From NCBI GenBank assembly GCA_947169155.1, contig CAMVON010000003.1, forward strand, positions 76,285 to 140,284: DNA of 64,000 nucleotides, written 5' to 3'. The DNA is from an uncultured Clostridiaceae bacterium. Lineage in GTDB: Bacteria; Bacillota; Clostridia; TANB77; CAG-465. A program made the position numbers and the translations under genes. The notes below the pieces were generated by a model. It was not told the DNA's origin. It ran no database searches and saw nothing but the letters and a program-made list of their open reading frames with translations. This document shows positions 63,003 to 64,000 of this stretch, one piece after another. The first letter of the stretch is position 1; each line of letters starts with the position of its first letter.

Positions 63003-63557
63003 ATGAATAATTACTTAGAAACAATGAAAAATATTCTAAAGGATAAAAAGAAGAAAAAAGAAAATATGATATTCATAGTAGTCTTGCTAGTAGTGCTATT
63101 AATTAGTATAAACTATATATTTAACGATTCACAAAAAGAGGAAAGAAAAATAGAAGATGAATATAAAGATGAAGTTAAAGAAAGTAACACTCAAAAACAA
63201 AATACAAATAGTTTAGAGGAAAGATTAACTCAAATTATTAACCAAGTAGAAGGAATAAGTGATGTAAGCTTAATAATTAATTATAAAGATAGTGGACAAA
63301 GTGAATATGTTTTTAATACAAAAGAAACTATAGCAGAAGAAGGAAATGTATTAAATCTTGAAAAGGAAATTGCATATAATGAAAGTAGTGGACAAAAAAG
63401 TGCAATTAAAACTACACAAAATAATCCTCAAATAGAAGGAGTAATAATAGTAGCACGAGGTATAGAAAATAGTGAAAATAAACAAAAGATACAAAGTGCT
63501 ATAGCAAGCCTTTTAGGCATTGCGTCATATAAAGTGCAGGTATTAAATAGGAGGTAA
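63003..63557 (+). CDS. spoIIIAG: Stage III sporulation protein AG
   Basis: 184 aa; AGGAGGA RBS; N-terminal TM; C-terminal ring-building-motif-like domain (..GISDVSLIINYKDSG.. ..PQIEGVIIVARG..). Confidence 0.8.
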   Translation: MNNYLETMKNILKDKKKKKENMIFIVVLLVVLLISINYIFNDSQKEERKIEDEYKDEVKESNTQKQNTNSLEERLTQIINQVEGISDVSLIINYKDSGQSEYVFNTKETIAEEGNVLNLEKEIAYNESSGQKSAIKTTQNNPQIEGVIIVARGIENSENKQKIQSAIASLLGIASYKVQVLNRR

Positions 63558-63558
63558 T

Positions 63559-64000
63559 ATGAAAAACAAAGAAAAGTATAAAAAATTTGGCTTAGCTCTA
63601 ATTTCATTTGTTTTAATGATATCAATTGCAGGATATATAAATTATAGGTATGATCCAGAAAGAGAAAAAAATCTTGGTCAAACTGTATATGTAAGCACAA
63701 ATAATGATGAAGTAAATATTTATGAAGAAGAAAATCAACCAATAAAAGATATAGAACAAGAAGAAGAAACTGTTATTTCAAAGTATAGAGAAGACAGAGA
63801 TAACATGTATATGGAACTTGCAAATAGTTACTCGTCAGTAATAAATAACAATAATACATCTCAAGAAACATTAACTGAATATCAACAAAAATTAAGTGGA
63901 CTAGTTCAAGAAAAAAACAAAATCCTAATATCAGAAAATATAATTAGAATGAAAGGTGCAAAAGATGTAGCTATAGTTATAACGGATAGTACACGTGCAA
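63559..64000 (+). CDS. spoIIIAH: Stage III sporulation protein AH, N-terminal part (runs off the window)
   Basis: ATG 63559 lies after an AGGAGG RBS; frame is open to base 64000 (not in the ORF track because no stop is reached); N-terminal TM; ..YREDRDNMYMEL.. ..ENIIRMKGAKDVAIVI.. SpoIIIAH-like. Confidence 0.75.
   Translation, partial: MKNKEKYKKFGLALISFVLMISIAGYINYRYDPEREKNLGQTVYVSTNNDEVNIYEEENQPIKDIEQEEETVISKYREDRDNMYMELANSYSSVINNNNTSQETLTEYQQKLSGLVQEKNKILISENIIRMKGAKDVAIVITDSTRA

Noticed and set aside
1-64000. CRISPR arrays, tRNA/rRNA genes, prophage or integrase genes
   Set aside because: No regularly spaced direct repeats, no cloverleaf-like GC-rich 70-90 nt islands and no integrase or capsid-like ORFs were seen. 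The only GC-rich non-coding island is the OLE-like region.

Overview
Very AT-rich chromosomal segment from an endospore-forming, low-GC Firmicute of Clostridia type. The spore-former call rests on an intact pro-sigma-K gene, bofA, sleB-ypeB and a complete spoIIIAA-AH operon running off the right edge. Most of the window is densely packed housekeeping and envelope genes, mainly on the + strand: telA, hflX, ireB-ruvX, topB, frr-cdsA-rseP, pcrA, alr-murF-ddl, a stand-alone Wzz/BY-kinase/phosphatase module, and a sortase with a thioester-domain adhesin. The most striking element is a roughly 600-nt ORF-free, GC-enriched, highly structured region on the minus strand (about 7660-8256). It has its own consensus sigma-A promoter and runs straight into a 187-aa four-TM protein carrying a DxxxD motif. 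I interpret this as an OLE RNA / OapA ribonucleoprotein locus, a known but rarely annotated class. Candidates for undescribed systems are: a HipA-type kinase core followed by a separately promoted 86-aa HipA-N-terminal (HipS-like) protein with no HipB; an orphan TadZ/MinD-like pseudo-receiver ATPase paired with a small secreted two-TM protein; an XRE-HTH/Sel1-repeat protein coupled to a 4-TM protein; a membrane-tethered sigma/anti-sigma fusion; and a D-Ala operon whose MurF has a polytopic membrane N-terminus. All family assignments were made by eye from motifs and need HMM or covariance-model confirmation. No tRNA, rRNA, CRISPR array or clear mobile element was seen.
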